Shown: piece by piece, positions 1 to 11,968 of the stretch
How the letters are laid out: each line of letters opens with the position of its first letter
Position numbering within the stretch: position 1 is the first letter of the stretch
Assembly (NCBI GenBank): GCA_951406725.2
Contig: OX597827.1
Coordinates: 79,236,001 to 79,300,000 of the forward strand
DNA: 64,000 nt
Source of the DNA: Octopus vulgaris
Taxonomy: Eukaryota
Direction of reading: 5' to 3'
The notes under the pieces: generated by a model
What the model was told of the DNA's origin: nothing
Databases searched by the model: none
Seen by the model: the letters and a program-made list of their open reading frames with translations, nothing else
Position numbers and translations under genes: made by a program

Positions 1-295
1 CCTTGTTGTATGTACACAGAGACTCAGCATCCAGTGTTTGAGTAGTGTATAGTTTTCCTGAGTTGGTGACATTAAATAAGTGAGAACCACTCTCGACTGT
101 CCTTTGTAGTTGTGTAAATGTAATGAGAGTGTGTTGTTGATGTGTGAGAGGGTGTGATAAGTTGGAGTCAACAGCAATGTCTCCTATATAGGTGTGAGGT
201 CTGCCTTCTTCCTTGACATGGTATGTAATATCTATGGACAGTACAAGGGTGATCAGTAAATGTAGAAGACACAGTAGACCAATATATGCTGTCAT
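1..295 (-). CDS. Pcdh: Protocadherin gene A, 5' part of large exon (signal peptide + most of EC1); runs off window start
   Basis: ATG at 295 (plus-strand cat 293-295); nearly identical to MTAYIGLLCLLHLL...LDAESLCTYNK of the seven paralogs with a complete large exon. Confidence 0.93.
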   Translation of the reverse strand, partial: MTAYIGLLCLLHLLITLVLSIDITYHVKEEGRPHTYIGDIAVDSNLSHPLTHQQHTLITFTQLQRTVESGSHLFNVTNSGKLYTTQTLDAESLCTYNK

Positions 296-333
296 GTCTG
301 GAATTCTTCATCACATTTCAGCAGGAGAAATTG
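292..333 (-). other. 3' half of spliced uORF ([13 protein letters not shown]); stop overlaps the Pcdh A ATG
   Basis: TTTTGTAG acceptor (AG at 334-335), then 13 codons + TGA overlapping ATG (ACATGA). Confidence 0.6.
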
Positions 334-410
334 CTACAAAAAAAAAAAAAAGCAGTATTGAAAGTAAAATAACTTATAGAAATAATAAGAGACACATGAA
401 TGTTATACAC

Positions 411-555
<145 letters not shown>

Positions 556-2040
556 GCACACATAATGTTCTGTTCTTTTATGGGAAGATCAACAGACATG
601 TTAAGAAATACTGTCTGGCATGCTCTCAGCACAGTGAAATTAATAGCAGTACATAAAAACATATATAGTTTATGAAATAAAATCATACACACACACACGT
701 AAATATACTCTATTATACCCAACTGCACAATTCAAAATATATCTTCTCTTGATAAGACATTCATCAATATTATACATGAGCAGAGTTATTTTTGTGGAAT
801 ATACTAGCACATTCATAGTTTTAGGCCTTTAACCTTCAGGCTACTCCCTCATATGAAATGCTTATATAGTCACATTTTTTTTCTCTCAATAATGCATTAT
901 CTTGTAGGTTCAAAATTTTGATGATGTGATTGTTTATATTTGGAATGAGTAAGTGTGAGAGGCCTGATCTGGCCAGTTTGAACAGAAAATATAGAATATC
1001 TGGGCTGGATATGATCAGTTTAAATGCTAAAATGTTAATATGAAATTCTTAGCATGTCTCATAGTTTATCATTCAGAATTCCTCATGTAGAGACTATATT
1101 CTGTGTAAGCCAATGTTTTGTAGTTTCTCTGTTTATTTGACTTTGACAATTATTGAATAGATAGTTGTAGTTTTATTGAGATATATTCTAATCAGAATAT
1201 TAGCAGGAACAGATGCAATACATTGTTTAAATTAAACAATAAGCATTTCAAAACATAGAATAATTAAACATCTTAAAATTAATTGAGATTATAGCTAAAA
1301 CTATACACATTAATTCACATTGCAAAAAAATATTTGAAATTTAATTCACATCAACGAAATACTTAGAGCAAAATTCATGTAATTTGTATGTATTTATGGT
1401 TGGGTGAATGTAACCCTACTAAAATGGTTTAAGCTGTATAAGTGGGTTGGGATTTCAAATTCCAATCTACTCAGGAAAGAAAGAAAAATATTTTTCTAAA
1501 AGTACTGAGATTGACTTCATTATTTCAAACAGTGACAAAACTTAAGGAATCTTGTTGTGGGATGCAGAAAACTTTCTTCATAATACATATTTTGACAACA
1601 ATTATTAAAAATGATGTGGTGATATTAATAACAGGGACAAAATAATTTATAAAATTATGTAGAAATGTTTTACAACATTTTTAATAAAAGAAAGATTAAG
1701 ATTATAAAATATTAGATGCTTAAAAAAAAGAATCATAATAATTTCCAGAAATTTCTAGAAATTTTAAATTGACTAAATCGCAACAAAACTATTTTAAACA
1801 ATATTTACTACAAACGATAAGTAGGCTTCATAACATACTGCTACATATAATATATTTGAGAAATATTTTGTTATATTATAATAACTATAACAATGTAATG
1901 TCAGTTTGTAGAAAGCAGATGATGGTATTTCTGATAAAATTCTCAACAAATCTTCAGAATTCATCAATTGTTGTCTGAGTTAATATATTTTAGCAACACA
2001 GGACAATATCATCAGTTTATAATCTCACACTAAATATCTA

Positions 2041-2102
<62 letters not shown>

Positions 2103-2145
2103 TAATAATAATAATAATAATAAAAATGATAATCATAATAATAAA
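2041..2145. repeat. (AAT)n microsatellite at a homologous intron-1 position (also 11921-11985, 41669-41720)
   Basis: direct reading. Confidence 0.95.
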
Positions 2146-2544
2146 CATTCTTAGTTTATCATAATTACAAAGAAGTATATAAAAGATATTTAACAGAGTA
2201 CACAAACACTATATATATAGGCATATCAGTGATCTGTTAAAGTTCATAAAAGGTACAGAAGGATTCAGATTAAATTTATGAGTTATTACAACAACACGTA
2301 TAAACTATATTGATATACATTAACACTCAGTCTTATCGGCTATAAATCAATATTTTCTGACAGTGAAACAAATATACATACACCTGGTGTGGACTACATC
2401 AGACCAATATTATATACAAAATGTATCATAGTAATATATATATAGTTTAATATCTCTTGTATAATGTTGTCTTGTGTGAGTCTGAGATTACAAAATGTAG
2501 TCAAGTTCTAAATAATTGTATTACAATGTCTACTGCAGTTGTGT

Positions 2545-3135
2545 TGTTAATGGTGGAAGTCATGGCTAGATCTCTCGATCCTCCACTGTCCCAGTCCCTG
2601 TATATATACAACATGGCAGACATTTTAGATATTATCCTTACCCTGTCTTTCATTAGAAACACAAATAATATAAATGTTATAATGAATATGAAAAGATAAT
2701 AAAGAGAGAGAGAGAGGGAGAGAGAGAGACTTACCTGCATTGTTTAATCCTTCACTGTAGTTGTGTGTGATGGATGATGTGTATCCTGCTGTAGTGTTCC
2801 ACTCCAACTGCTGCTGCTGCTGTAGTGGTATTATAGTGGTACTGCTGCTGTTGTAGTAGTGTTCCTGTGTTACTGCTGCTGCTGCTGCTGTTCCTGTGTA
2901 ACTGCTGATATAATAGTGTGACAGTTGCTGTATGTAGTGGGAGGTGAGATGTTAGCCAGATGCTGGTGTGTGCTAGTTACAACTCTATGTCCTCCACACA
3001 CACATACACAATTGTGTGTATGATGAACAAAGAAAAAAGCTATCAGCCTCACTTTCAATATTGAAAGAAATATAGAAAATCTCTCTCATCCAATAGGAAA
3101 TTACTGCAATGATGTCTGTGTCACACAAACACATC
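2545..3135 (-). promoter_or_regulatory. Conserved promoter + mainly non-coding first exon (donor after 2735) + conserved intron-1 head, gene A
   Basis: Near-identical block in 8 copies; CCAAT 3090-3094, palindrome 3052-3067, (GT)n, CAG-rich exon with no ATG until the terminal ATG CAG|GTAAGT (2740-2735). Confidence 0.72.
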
Positions 3136-4006
3136 AAGAGAAATCACTTTACACTGTAGTGGATTGACAGTTTACATATCATAATATTACTACTTAAATA
3201 TTTAGTGTTAGAAAATTATAAATTTGTAGAAAAAATACAAACTTTATTATTAACTACTTATATAATTTTACACCTTTTTTCAGAAAGATGTAAATTTTAG
3301 TAGAGACAGTTAAACTTTTATCATTTCAAAAGTTTATTTTAAGTTTAAATAAAACCAGTTTTAATTGTGGAAATGAAAATTTATCCAAATTAATTACTTT
3401 GAAAGCAAAAATGAACATTCCGGAAATATTTAAATTTATCTTCAATATTTTGACTTCATAAAAGATGAAACTATTCAATTTTAAAATTTAACAAAAATTC
3501 CAAATTGATTAGGCGTTGGTGGTATGCTATCTTTACTTTTAAAGGTGAGCTATTTACGCCTTCAAGAAATATCCATCTATAAGGATGGTAATTAGTAAAA
3601 GTATTTCTAGAGGTTATACAGAAAGGAAATGCTAAGAGAAAAGTTGTAAATAAAAGTAAAACAGCAGAAGATACATGTTAGAATTGGTGTTAAACTAAAA
3701 GATGCTACAATTAGACATTCGAGGATGACTCAGATAAAGCTATCTATGTTTAGTGAAATGCCTATACCAAAATGAAAGTAAAAAAATTATTTTATAATAA
3801 TGTAGTATGGTAATGTAGAGTAAGGTGTTTGTAATATTTACTAAATCAAAGACGTAAATTAGGGGTCATAATAAATGCCACTGTAAGGCCCTTTATGTGT
3901 GTGATGGGTGAAAGAGACATAGAGTTGATATTTTTATATGAATATAAAGTATTGTATAAGATTTGGTGTGTGAGAGAATCATTTAACAATAGTCATGGAA
4001 CATCTA

Positions 4007-4086
4007 CTATGTTGGCTGTAGATAGGTATCTTGTATTTGTTGTCCCTTTAGTATTGTGGCTGCAACTGGATTGTCATTGGTATATT
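4007..4086 (-). CDS. Pcdh: Pcdh B terminal coding exon, (E)YTNDNPVAATILKGQQIQDTYLQPT*
   Basis: TTTTGCAG acceptor; phase 1 matches the upstream donor; TAG TAG stop; paralogs differ by synonymous GTT/GTG. Confidence 0.85.
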
Positions 4087-4248
4087 CTGCAAAATATCAA
4101 ATATAAACACAAATTACATTTCAATATAACAACTCCAATATATAAAGATAGAAACATTGATCTTATATTACACTAAGCATAACATTATATATTGTCCTAC
4201 AGCAATAAAGGCAATTACATTTATATGTTATGTTTTGATAAAAGTTAC

Positions 4249-4393
4249 CTGGTTCTGCAGGTATCTCATCATATGGTTTAGTCTTGCCATTACTCTTGCA
4301 AGCTTCTCTGTCCTTTTGGGATGTTAAGGTGTCACTGTTGTAAGACATGATGGAACTGGTACGACGTTCTTGACTATGGATTGAATCACATCT
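4249..4393 (-). CDS. Pcdh: Pcdh B cytoplasmic exon RCDSIHSQ...PYDEIPAEP (145 nt, phase 0 to 1)
   Basis: CAG acceptor, G|GTAACT donor, open frame, conserved in all copies. Confidence 0.88.
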
Positions 4394-4578
4394 CTGTGGA
4401 TTATAGAAAGTGGAATCTTGTATAAATACAAGTTTAGATCACTCCTAATAAAACAGTCTGAGGGACTGAAGCTGAGTTTATTTGCAGTAATAACTGTACA
4501 TACGTGAATAATGGATAAAATACTTCTACCTTTATAATAATAAACAAAAAAACATCAATTATCCAAAATAATATTTAC

Positions 4579-6977
4579 CTGAGGCACAGGTGGAAGTCTC
4601 CTTTGTGTTGTTGAGAATTTCCACTCATCTGGTGTCTGTTCCATCTCCAGAAAAAACTGACTTTTAGATTTTATTGTCTGAAGATTTCGGTTAAATATCT
4701 CTTCTGCATTTCTCGTTATTGCAACAGGATTGTTAGTCTGATACAGTAATTGTCTCATCTCAGTCTGAGAGAGAAAGTTGGGATTCTCTGCTGTTGTGGG
4801 TGAGTTATTTGTGTGATTAATACATCTGAAAACACACAGTGTTATGGACACTACAATAGCCACAGACAGTATTACAGCTGCTGCTACAATGATAATTACC
4901 CAAGTCATATTCAGGTCGTGACCAGACTGGAATGGCACAGCAGTCAACATTGGAGATGTATCATTACTAACAAACAGTGTTAGTATGATAGCAGTTGTTG
5001 CTGATTGAACTGGAGTACCACCGTCTTTCACTATAAACTGCAGCTCATATGTTCCTGCATCATTTTGGTAAACTGTGCGAGAGAAAGATAACACACCAGT
5101 GTGTGAGTTCACTGTAAACAGGTTTTTATCATTGGATCTCAGTATTCCATATGTGAGGAAAGCATTGTTTCCAGTGTCTTTGTCAGATGCTCTCAGAATT
5201 GTGATGTCCTTCTTACTGTGTGGATGGTAGTGGACATCGAGATTGTAAGGGTCATTATTAGGAAACGTAAAATACGGAGCATTATCATTTTTATCTAGAA
5301 TCTCAATAACAATATTGGCAGTGTCATTGAGAGAAGGTGTTCCATTGTCTTTCACTAAAACCTTGAACTTATAGATGTCTTTCATTTCTCGATCTATTGG
5401 TTGTGATGTAGAAATGAATCCATATTTTGTCAGTTGGAAAGGAATGTTATCATTGTTGTTATCATTGATGATAGAATATGTAAGTTGGCCTCCATCTCCA
5501 AGATCAGGGTCTGTAGCATTGATGAAGCCAATAGGGAAGTCAACTTTCTGGTTTTCATAGGTGAGGAATTGGAATGTCTCTTTGGTAAAATGTGGTTCTA
5601 CATCATTGACATCAGTTACTTTGACAGAGAAATATTTTTTACTTTCTAGTTGAGGTGACCCCATGTCATGACACAGAATAGATACTTTATAGTGGTCCCT
5701 TATTTCTCTGTCAAGATGGCCCTTAACAATCATTTTATATTCTTTAGAATCTATTTTGGCAAGTTTAAACTTATCATGTTTTAAATCACAGATAACCTCA
5801 CCATTAGGTCCACTATCATTGTCAGTGACCATAACATAAGCTATAAAACTATCTACTTCACTGTCTTCTGAAACTGCTGCTGAGCTCTCTGATAAAGGAG
5901 ATACAAAATCTATGTTAATCAATGGAGCACTATTCTGGTTATTAATAATGTGAATCTGAACTTTGGTTACAGAACTTAAGGGTGGACTCCTTCATCCTGT
6001 GCTTCAATAAATAATTTATATGATTGCTTTTTACTAAACTGAAAATTATCATGTAAAAATAAATCTCCAGTTTCCTTATTCAATACAAAATATTTCTGGA
6101 TATTTCGAGATGTTTTATGGTTGAAATGGTAAGAAATCTTTCCATTTTGTCCAGAATCTTGATCTGAGGCTTTTAAAGTAAGAATTGGTAAATGTCTTTG
6201 ATGTGAATTATTTATAGAGATGTTGTAGAGTTTCTGAGAAAATACAGGTGTGTTATCATTGACATCTATAACAGATATGTGTACCTTGAGTGTAGCTGTT
6301 TTGGGAGGATTCCCTCCATCTTTAGCTTCCAAGGTCAATATATATTTGTCTTTGAGTTCCCTGTCTAATTTATCTTCCAATATTAATTCAGGTATGGAGA
6401 CACCATCATGTCTTTTTTTGATTGAGAGAGAAAATGGTTCTCTTTTACTTTTCTTGATCATATAAGTAATTTGAGAATTCTTTATTGAAATATCTTCATC
6501 AATGGCATTTGGAAGAGGAATTTTAGTACCTTTAAGGTCTCTCTCCAAAAATTGAATTGGAATTTCATTCTTTGGAAATTTTGGTGAATGGTCATTGACA
6601 TCTTCTATGAATATTTTAATTTTAAGTATTTTCATAAACGTTTTTCCTTTCCTCACTGCTACTTTCACTGTTCTGGAACATTCCTTGTTGTATGTACACA
6701 GAGACTCAGCATCCAGTGTTTGAGTAGTGTATAGTTTTCCTGAGTTGGTGACATTAAATAAGTGAGAACCACTCTCGACTGTCCTTTGTAGTTGTGTAAA
6801 TGTAATGAGAGTGTGTTGTTGATGTGTGAGAGGGTGTGATAAGTTGGAGTCAACAGCAATGTCTCCTATATAGGTGTGAGGTCTGCCTTCTTCCTTGACA
6901 TGGTATGTAATATCTATGGACAGTACAAGGGTGATCAGTAAATGTAGAAGACACAGTAGACCAATATATGCTGTCAT
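4579..6977 (-). CDS. Pcdh: Pcdh B large exon (6 EC + TM) with 1-bp deletion frameshift near 5989
   Basis: Two ORFs (5976-6977, 4555-5922) join into the paralog protein; 2399 nt versus 2400 in paralogs; donor CAG|GTAAAT after PPVPQ. Confidence 0.9.
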
Positions 6978-7015
6978 GTCTGGAATTCTTCATCACACTT
7001 TAGCAGGAGAAATTG
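6974..7015 (-). other. 3' half of spliced uORF, gene B
   Basis: TATAG acceptor; CTA AAG are synonymous variants; TGA overlaps ATG. Confidence 0.6.
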
Positions 7016-7156
7016 CTATAAAAGAAAAGAGGAAAATAGAAAGTAAAATAACTTATAGAAATAATAACAAATGGGTTCATGTTATATACACATACATTTG
7101 TAGATATTCTATGTTACATCGCACTGTACAATTTCATAACTCTCTTTTCCTGATGT

Positions 7157-8375
7157 CATCATCATCATCATCATCATCGTTTAGCGTCCGTTTTCCATGC
7201 TAGCATGGGTTGGACGGTTCTACTGGGGTCTGTGAAGCCAGAAGGCTTCATCAGGCCCAGTCAAATCTGGCAGTGTTTCTATGGCTGGATGCCCTTCCTA
7301 ACGCCAACCACTCCGTGAGTGTAGTGGGTGCTTTTTACGTGCCACCCGCACTGGTGCCAGACAGAGCTGGCACACGGCCACAAACGGATGGTGCTTTTTA
7401 TGTGCCACCGGCACGAGGGCCAGGCGAGGCTGGCAACGGACACGAAACGGGGCGGTGCTGGCAACGGTCGCGAAACGGAAAGTTCTCTTACATGCCACCG
7501 GCACTGGTAACACATCTGCAATTTCCATTGATCGATTTCCATTGATCGATTTCGATTCTGATCCTCACTTGCCTCAACGGGTCTTAACAAGCAGAGTTTC
7601 GACATGCCACCGGCACTGGTAGCACATCCGCAATTTCCATTGATCGATTTCGATTCTGATCCTCACTTGCCTCAACACGTCTTCACAAGTAGAGTTTTGT
7701 GTCCCAAGAAGGGAAGGTATGCATACGTAGGCTGGCTCCATCCCATGTAGAAGGCCACGGGTTATGGACTCACTTGTCCTGCCGGGTCTTCTCGCGCACA
7801 GCACACTTCCAGAGGTCTCGGTCTCTAGTCATTTCCTCAGTGAGACCTAAAGTTCGAAGGTCGTGCTTCACCACCTCGTCCCAGGTTTTCCTGGGTCTGC
7901 CTCTTCCACAGGTTCCCTCAACCGCTAGGGTGTGGCACTTTTTCACACAACTATCTTCATCCATTCTCGCCACATGACCATACCAGCGCAAACGTCTCTC
8001 TTGCACACCACAACTGATGCTTCTTAGGTCCAGCTTTTCTCTCAAGGTACTTACACTCTGCTGAGTGTGAGTACCGGCATTACACATCCATTGGAGCATA
8101 CTGGCTTCATTTCTAGCGAGCTTACGCATATCCTCAGCAGTCACGGCCCATGTTTCACTGCCATGTAGCATGGCTGTTCGTACACACGCATCATACAGTC
8201 TGCCTTTCACTCTGTGCGAGAGGCCTTTTGTCACCAGCAGAGGTAAGAGCTCTCTGAACTTTGCCCAAGCTATTCTTACTCTAGCAGTTACACTTTCAGC
8301 ACACCCGCCCCCGCTGCTGACTTGGTCACCTAGGTAACGGAAACTATCAACTATTTCTAGTTTTTCTCCCTGGAA
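7157..8375 (-). mobile_element. 5'-truncated RTE-clade LINE (RT C-terminus, 3'UTR, (GAT)n tail), young
   Basis: ORF 7770-8384 with FRYLG, RRLRWYGHVARM, GRPRKTW; GC-rich; atgt on both flanks (7153-7156, 8376-8379); empty site in gene F intron at 40998-41001. Confidence 0.88.
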
Positions 8376-8487
8376 ATGTGACAATCATTAATGGGTAGAC
8401 TTATCTCTACAGAATAAAACAGCCTGAATTGAATTGTCAACATGTCTCATTATTTATCATTCAGATATACTTCATATACTTCATATA

Positions 8488-8885
8488 AAAGTGGCAAGTC
8501 TTCCAGATTGTTCATTGTCTTTCAGGGATGTTCTTCCACTTTTAAAGTACTTGTGTGACTTGAAATATTGCATATAACCCATTGCCTCATTGCTATAAGA
8601 TTGCAGAAGCATGCTCAATGTCTCTGTAGTAGACTTCCTAAGTTTAATGCAAAATTTCACAACAGTTTTTTTGTTCCAACTTCCTGACTATGAAAAAATC
8701 ACAGACTACTGCAAACATGTGATCACAAAAACACAAATTTAACAACTTGTGAAGTAAACCCAGTTATGTTACTCACTACACAGCCTCATAAAGGTCACTA
8801 CTAGCTCTCACTGCACATGCAACTGTATACTGCCATTTTGCACAACAAAATTAGTCCAGGAACTATTTAACACCACCTTGTATGT
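8488..8885 (-). mobile_element. Mariner transposon 5' remnant
   Basis: Degenerate frame reads ...VVKFCIKLRKSTTETLSML...HKYFKSGRTSLKDNEQSGR (mariner N-terminal HTH-like); TIR-like tacaaggtggtgttaaatagttcctggac at ~8855-8883. Confidence 0.75.
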
Positions 8886-8909
8886 ATATAATGTACATAT
8901 ACACACACA

Positions 8910-8963
<54 letters not shown>

Positions 8964-9249
8964 CAAATTGAGATAGGGGTTGTAAATGCAACCCACCATG
9001 GGATACCATATATCCAATATACTGCTATATTTGTATTTATGTGTACTTATATTTATGTTCTATTATACGTATTCTACTTATTGTATAATATTACTATTTT
9101 ATGTACACTCCTTCATGTACACTGCTTTACCCTGCATTATTATGTTTAACCTTATAGTTTCTTATGTGGTGGTTTAATAAAGTATGTGATTGAGTATTAT
9201 CTGATAATTGATATTTGATTTCGATGTATTTCTCCATTTTCTTATTTTG

Positions 9250-9540
<291 letters not shown>

Positions 9541-9609
9541 GTTGAATTGATAAAAGGTGTTTTTTTCTAATTTACATACATGCATACATACATACATACA
9601 TACATATAT

Positions 9610-9895
9610 AAAGCACCATTCAAGTGTGGTCATTGCCAGTGCCGCCAGACTGGCACATATGCTGGTGGCATGTAAAAAGCACCATTTGAGTGTGGGCGAT
9701 GCCAGAACCACATGATTGGCCCATGTTGGTGGCACATAAAAAGTACCCTCTACACTCTCAGAGTGGTTGGCGTTAGGAAGGGCATCCAGCTATAGAAACC
9801 TTGCCAGATCAGATTAGAGCCTGGTGTAGCCATCTGGTTTGCCAGTACTCAGTCAAACCATCCAAGCCATGCCAGCATGGACAATGGACATTAAA
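9610..9895 (+). mobile_element. SINE / RTE-tail-related repeat
   Basis: gagtggttggcgttaggaagggcatccagc core shared with the RTE 3'UTR at 7157-7330. Confidence 0.75.
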
Positions 9896-10009
9896 GTCTG
9901 TTCATTCTTAATCACTGATTGGCACAGATGCTGTTATATTTATGCTGACCAGGTGGTTGAAGAGGGCAACCCAGTCTTTAGAAGTTAAAATACAGTTTTA
10001 TGGCTGAAT

Positions 10010-11350
10010 GCCTTAACTCATTCACTAGTCACTTGTGCAGGTTGTCATGTCTATCATAACACAAACGGCAAGAGGACGATAGGATAGTAAAAGAAAAAGA
10101 GTGATTGAAGGTTGAGAGAGGGTGATGGATGGTAATAGAGGAGAACAATGGTAAGGGTGAGTGACAGATGTCAATAACAAGTGGTTCTGAGGAAAGAGAG
10201 TGATGACAAATGACTGGCAGTACAAAAAGAATGATGGTGGAATGTATTGTGTGACATAATACCTTATACATTGTATGATGGGCAAGAGATGTCAGGATAA
10301 GGATGGGGTAGGGGTATGTGGATACAGGTAAGTCAAATAACATCTCTTGTAACACAGGTGACATAGCACAGAGAACAAGAAAGAGTGAATGCAGAGTGAG
10401 TAGTGAGAAGGTGACCAATAGAGATCACACACAAACACACACAAACTATTACATGGTGTAAGAGCAATTTGTGTCCATTTAAAATACATGAAGGGCATGG
10501 CGTTAGGAAGGGCATCCAGCCGTAGAAACACTGCCAGATTTGACTGGGCCTGATGAAGCCTTCTGGCTTCACAGACCCCAGTAGAACCGTCCAACCCATG
10601 CTAGCATGGAAAACGGACGCTAAACGATGATGATGATGATGATGAAGAAGCTGTTAATTCTTAATAGTATAGTCTACCTTCAGTTACCTGGCCACAGGTA
10701 ACTGAATTCCACCACTAAATTTGGCATACTTTCCAGATCAGTGCACCAGCCTCCTTCTCTTATTTCAGTGGGGCTAAAAGGGGCATAAGATTTTGGTGTG
10801 CTCTTGTAAACACTAGCAAGCCCTTTCTACTAGTTTCTCTACATTTATTGGAATAAACTGGTCTAAAACGGTCGAGCCATGTTCCAATGCAAAAAGAAGA
10901 TGGTTCTTGTAGTGTAAAACTCAGACCAAATATTGCTTTTAACATATAAAGTTACTCTTCAGAAATAATTTGACAGCTGTGTGTCTGTTAGACCTTTGAG
11001 TGAAACACTCCATATATATATCAGTAGCATAGCTGAGTGTTAATGTATGTAAATTATAATAATGAAAGCTGAACAAGAAGTAGGAATGGTTCATTAGTGT
11101 TTACAAAATTGCATTGAAAATGTCTACAACACTGACTGTTTAATAGCATATGAAGAAGACGCAGAGTGAAAGAAATTGTTCCAGTTCTTTGCTAAGAGTA
11201 AATCAAAGGAAAAGATGTGCATAGGGAACAAAAAATGGTAGATGGTGAATGTTCAAGAGTGGATGGAGCACTAATAATATGGTCCAAGCTCTGTGTTAGA
11301 GAAAGTATTGAGTGGGTTGGAATCTGAAGAAGGAAAGAAATATTTTTCTA
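10010..11350. repeat. Intronic segment shared by gene B intron 1 and gene C intron 1 (~18830-20290)
   Basis: Collinear similarity, e.g. gagagagggtgatggatggtaa...ggttctgaggaaagag and ggtaactgaattccaccactaaatttggcatact. Confidence 0.85.
10494..10644 (+). mobile_element. Short RTE 3'-end insertion with (GAT)n tail
   Basis: Inverted copy of ~7160-7306 with one mismatch; atgaag on both flanks; absent at the homologous site in gene C (~19378). Confidence 0.85.
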
Positions 11351-11917
11351 AAAGAGCTGAGATTAGTTTCATTATTTCAAACACTGACAGAGCTTAAACT
11401 ACTTTGTTGTAGGGTGTGGGAAACATTTTTCATAATACATTTTTTGATATTGAAATGAACACAGTGACATTAATATGAAAGAATAATTTATGAAATTGCA
11501 CAAAAATATTTTACAATAAAAGAAAGATAGACATAATAAAATATTAGATGTTAAAAAAACCCCTAGAAACGAACCCATAATAATTTCCATGTAATATATA
11601 GAAAGTTTAAATTGAATACATCAAAACAAAAATATTTTCAATCTTATTTGCTAGATATGATATGCAGGTTTTATATTATACTTCTACATGTATTTCTGTA
11701 ATGTTTTGTTATGAAATAACAACTATAATAATGTAATGTATATTAGTTTGTACATAGAATATGATATTATTCTTGACGAATTCTCAACAAATCTACAACA
11801 TTCATCTCTTGTTGTCAGAATTTATATATCTTAACAACACATGACAATATCATCAGTTTATATCTCACACAATATATCTTAAATAACAAATATACACTAC
11901 ATTATATTTATTGTCAA

Positions 11918-11968
<51 letters not shown>

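Noticed and set aside
2566-2927. Alternative coding tail for the upstream gene: exon 2735-2927 (QLSHYYISSY...NNA, phase 0 to 1, with a CTAAC branch-like site) plus exon 2566-2597 (GTGTVEDREI*)
   Set aside because: Phases fit, but the frame has an in-frame TAG in two copies (~12670, ~21574) and a 1-bp deletion in a third (~27277). A non-coding first exon of the next gene explains the block and the orphan acceptor better. Not fully excluded without RNA data.
3053-3115. Possible 63-nt symmetric exon DIIAVISYWMREIFYISFNIE
   Set aside because: Weak splice sites and no synonymous-change support; it overlaps the CCAAT box and palindrome, which fit a promoter better.
4004-4009. A-to-I recoding of UAG to UGG giving C-terminal read-through
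   Set aside because: Both tandem stops would need editing and a TAA follows after 6 codons; there is no evidence from DNA alone.
5375-5649. Recurrent plus-strand ORFs (MSFISRSI..., MERNVIIV..., MCV..ERDIEL...) in most units
   Set aside because: Antisense shadows of homogenised Pcdh exons; the recurrence reflects duplication, not independent coding.
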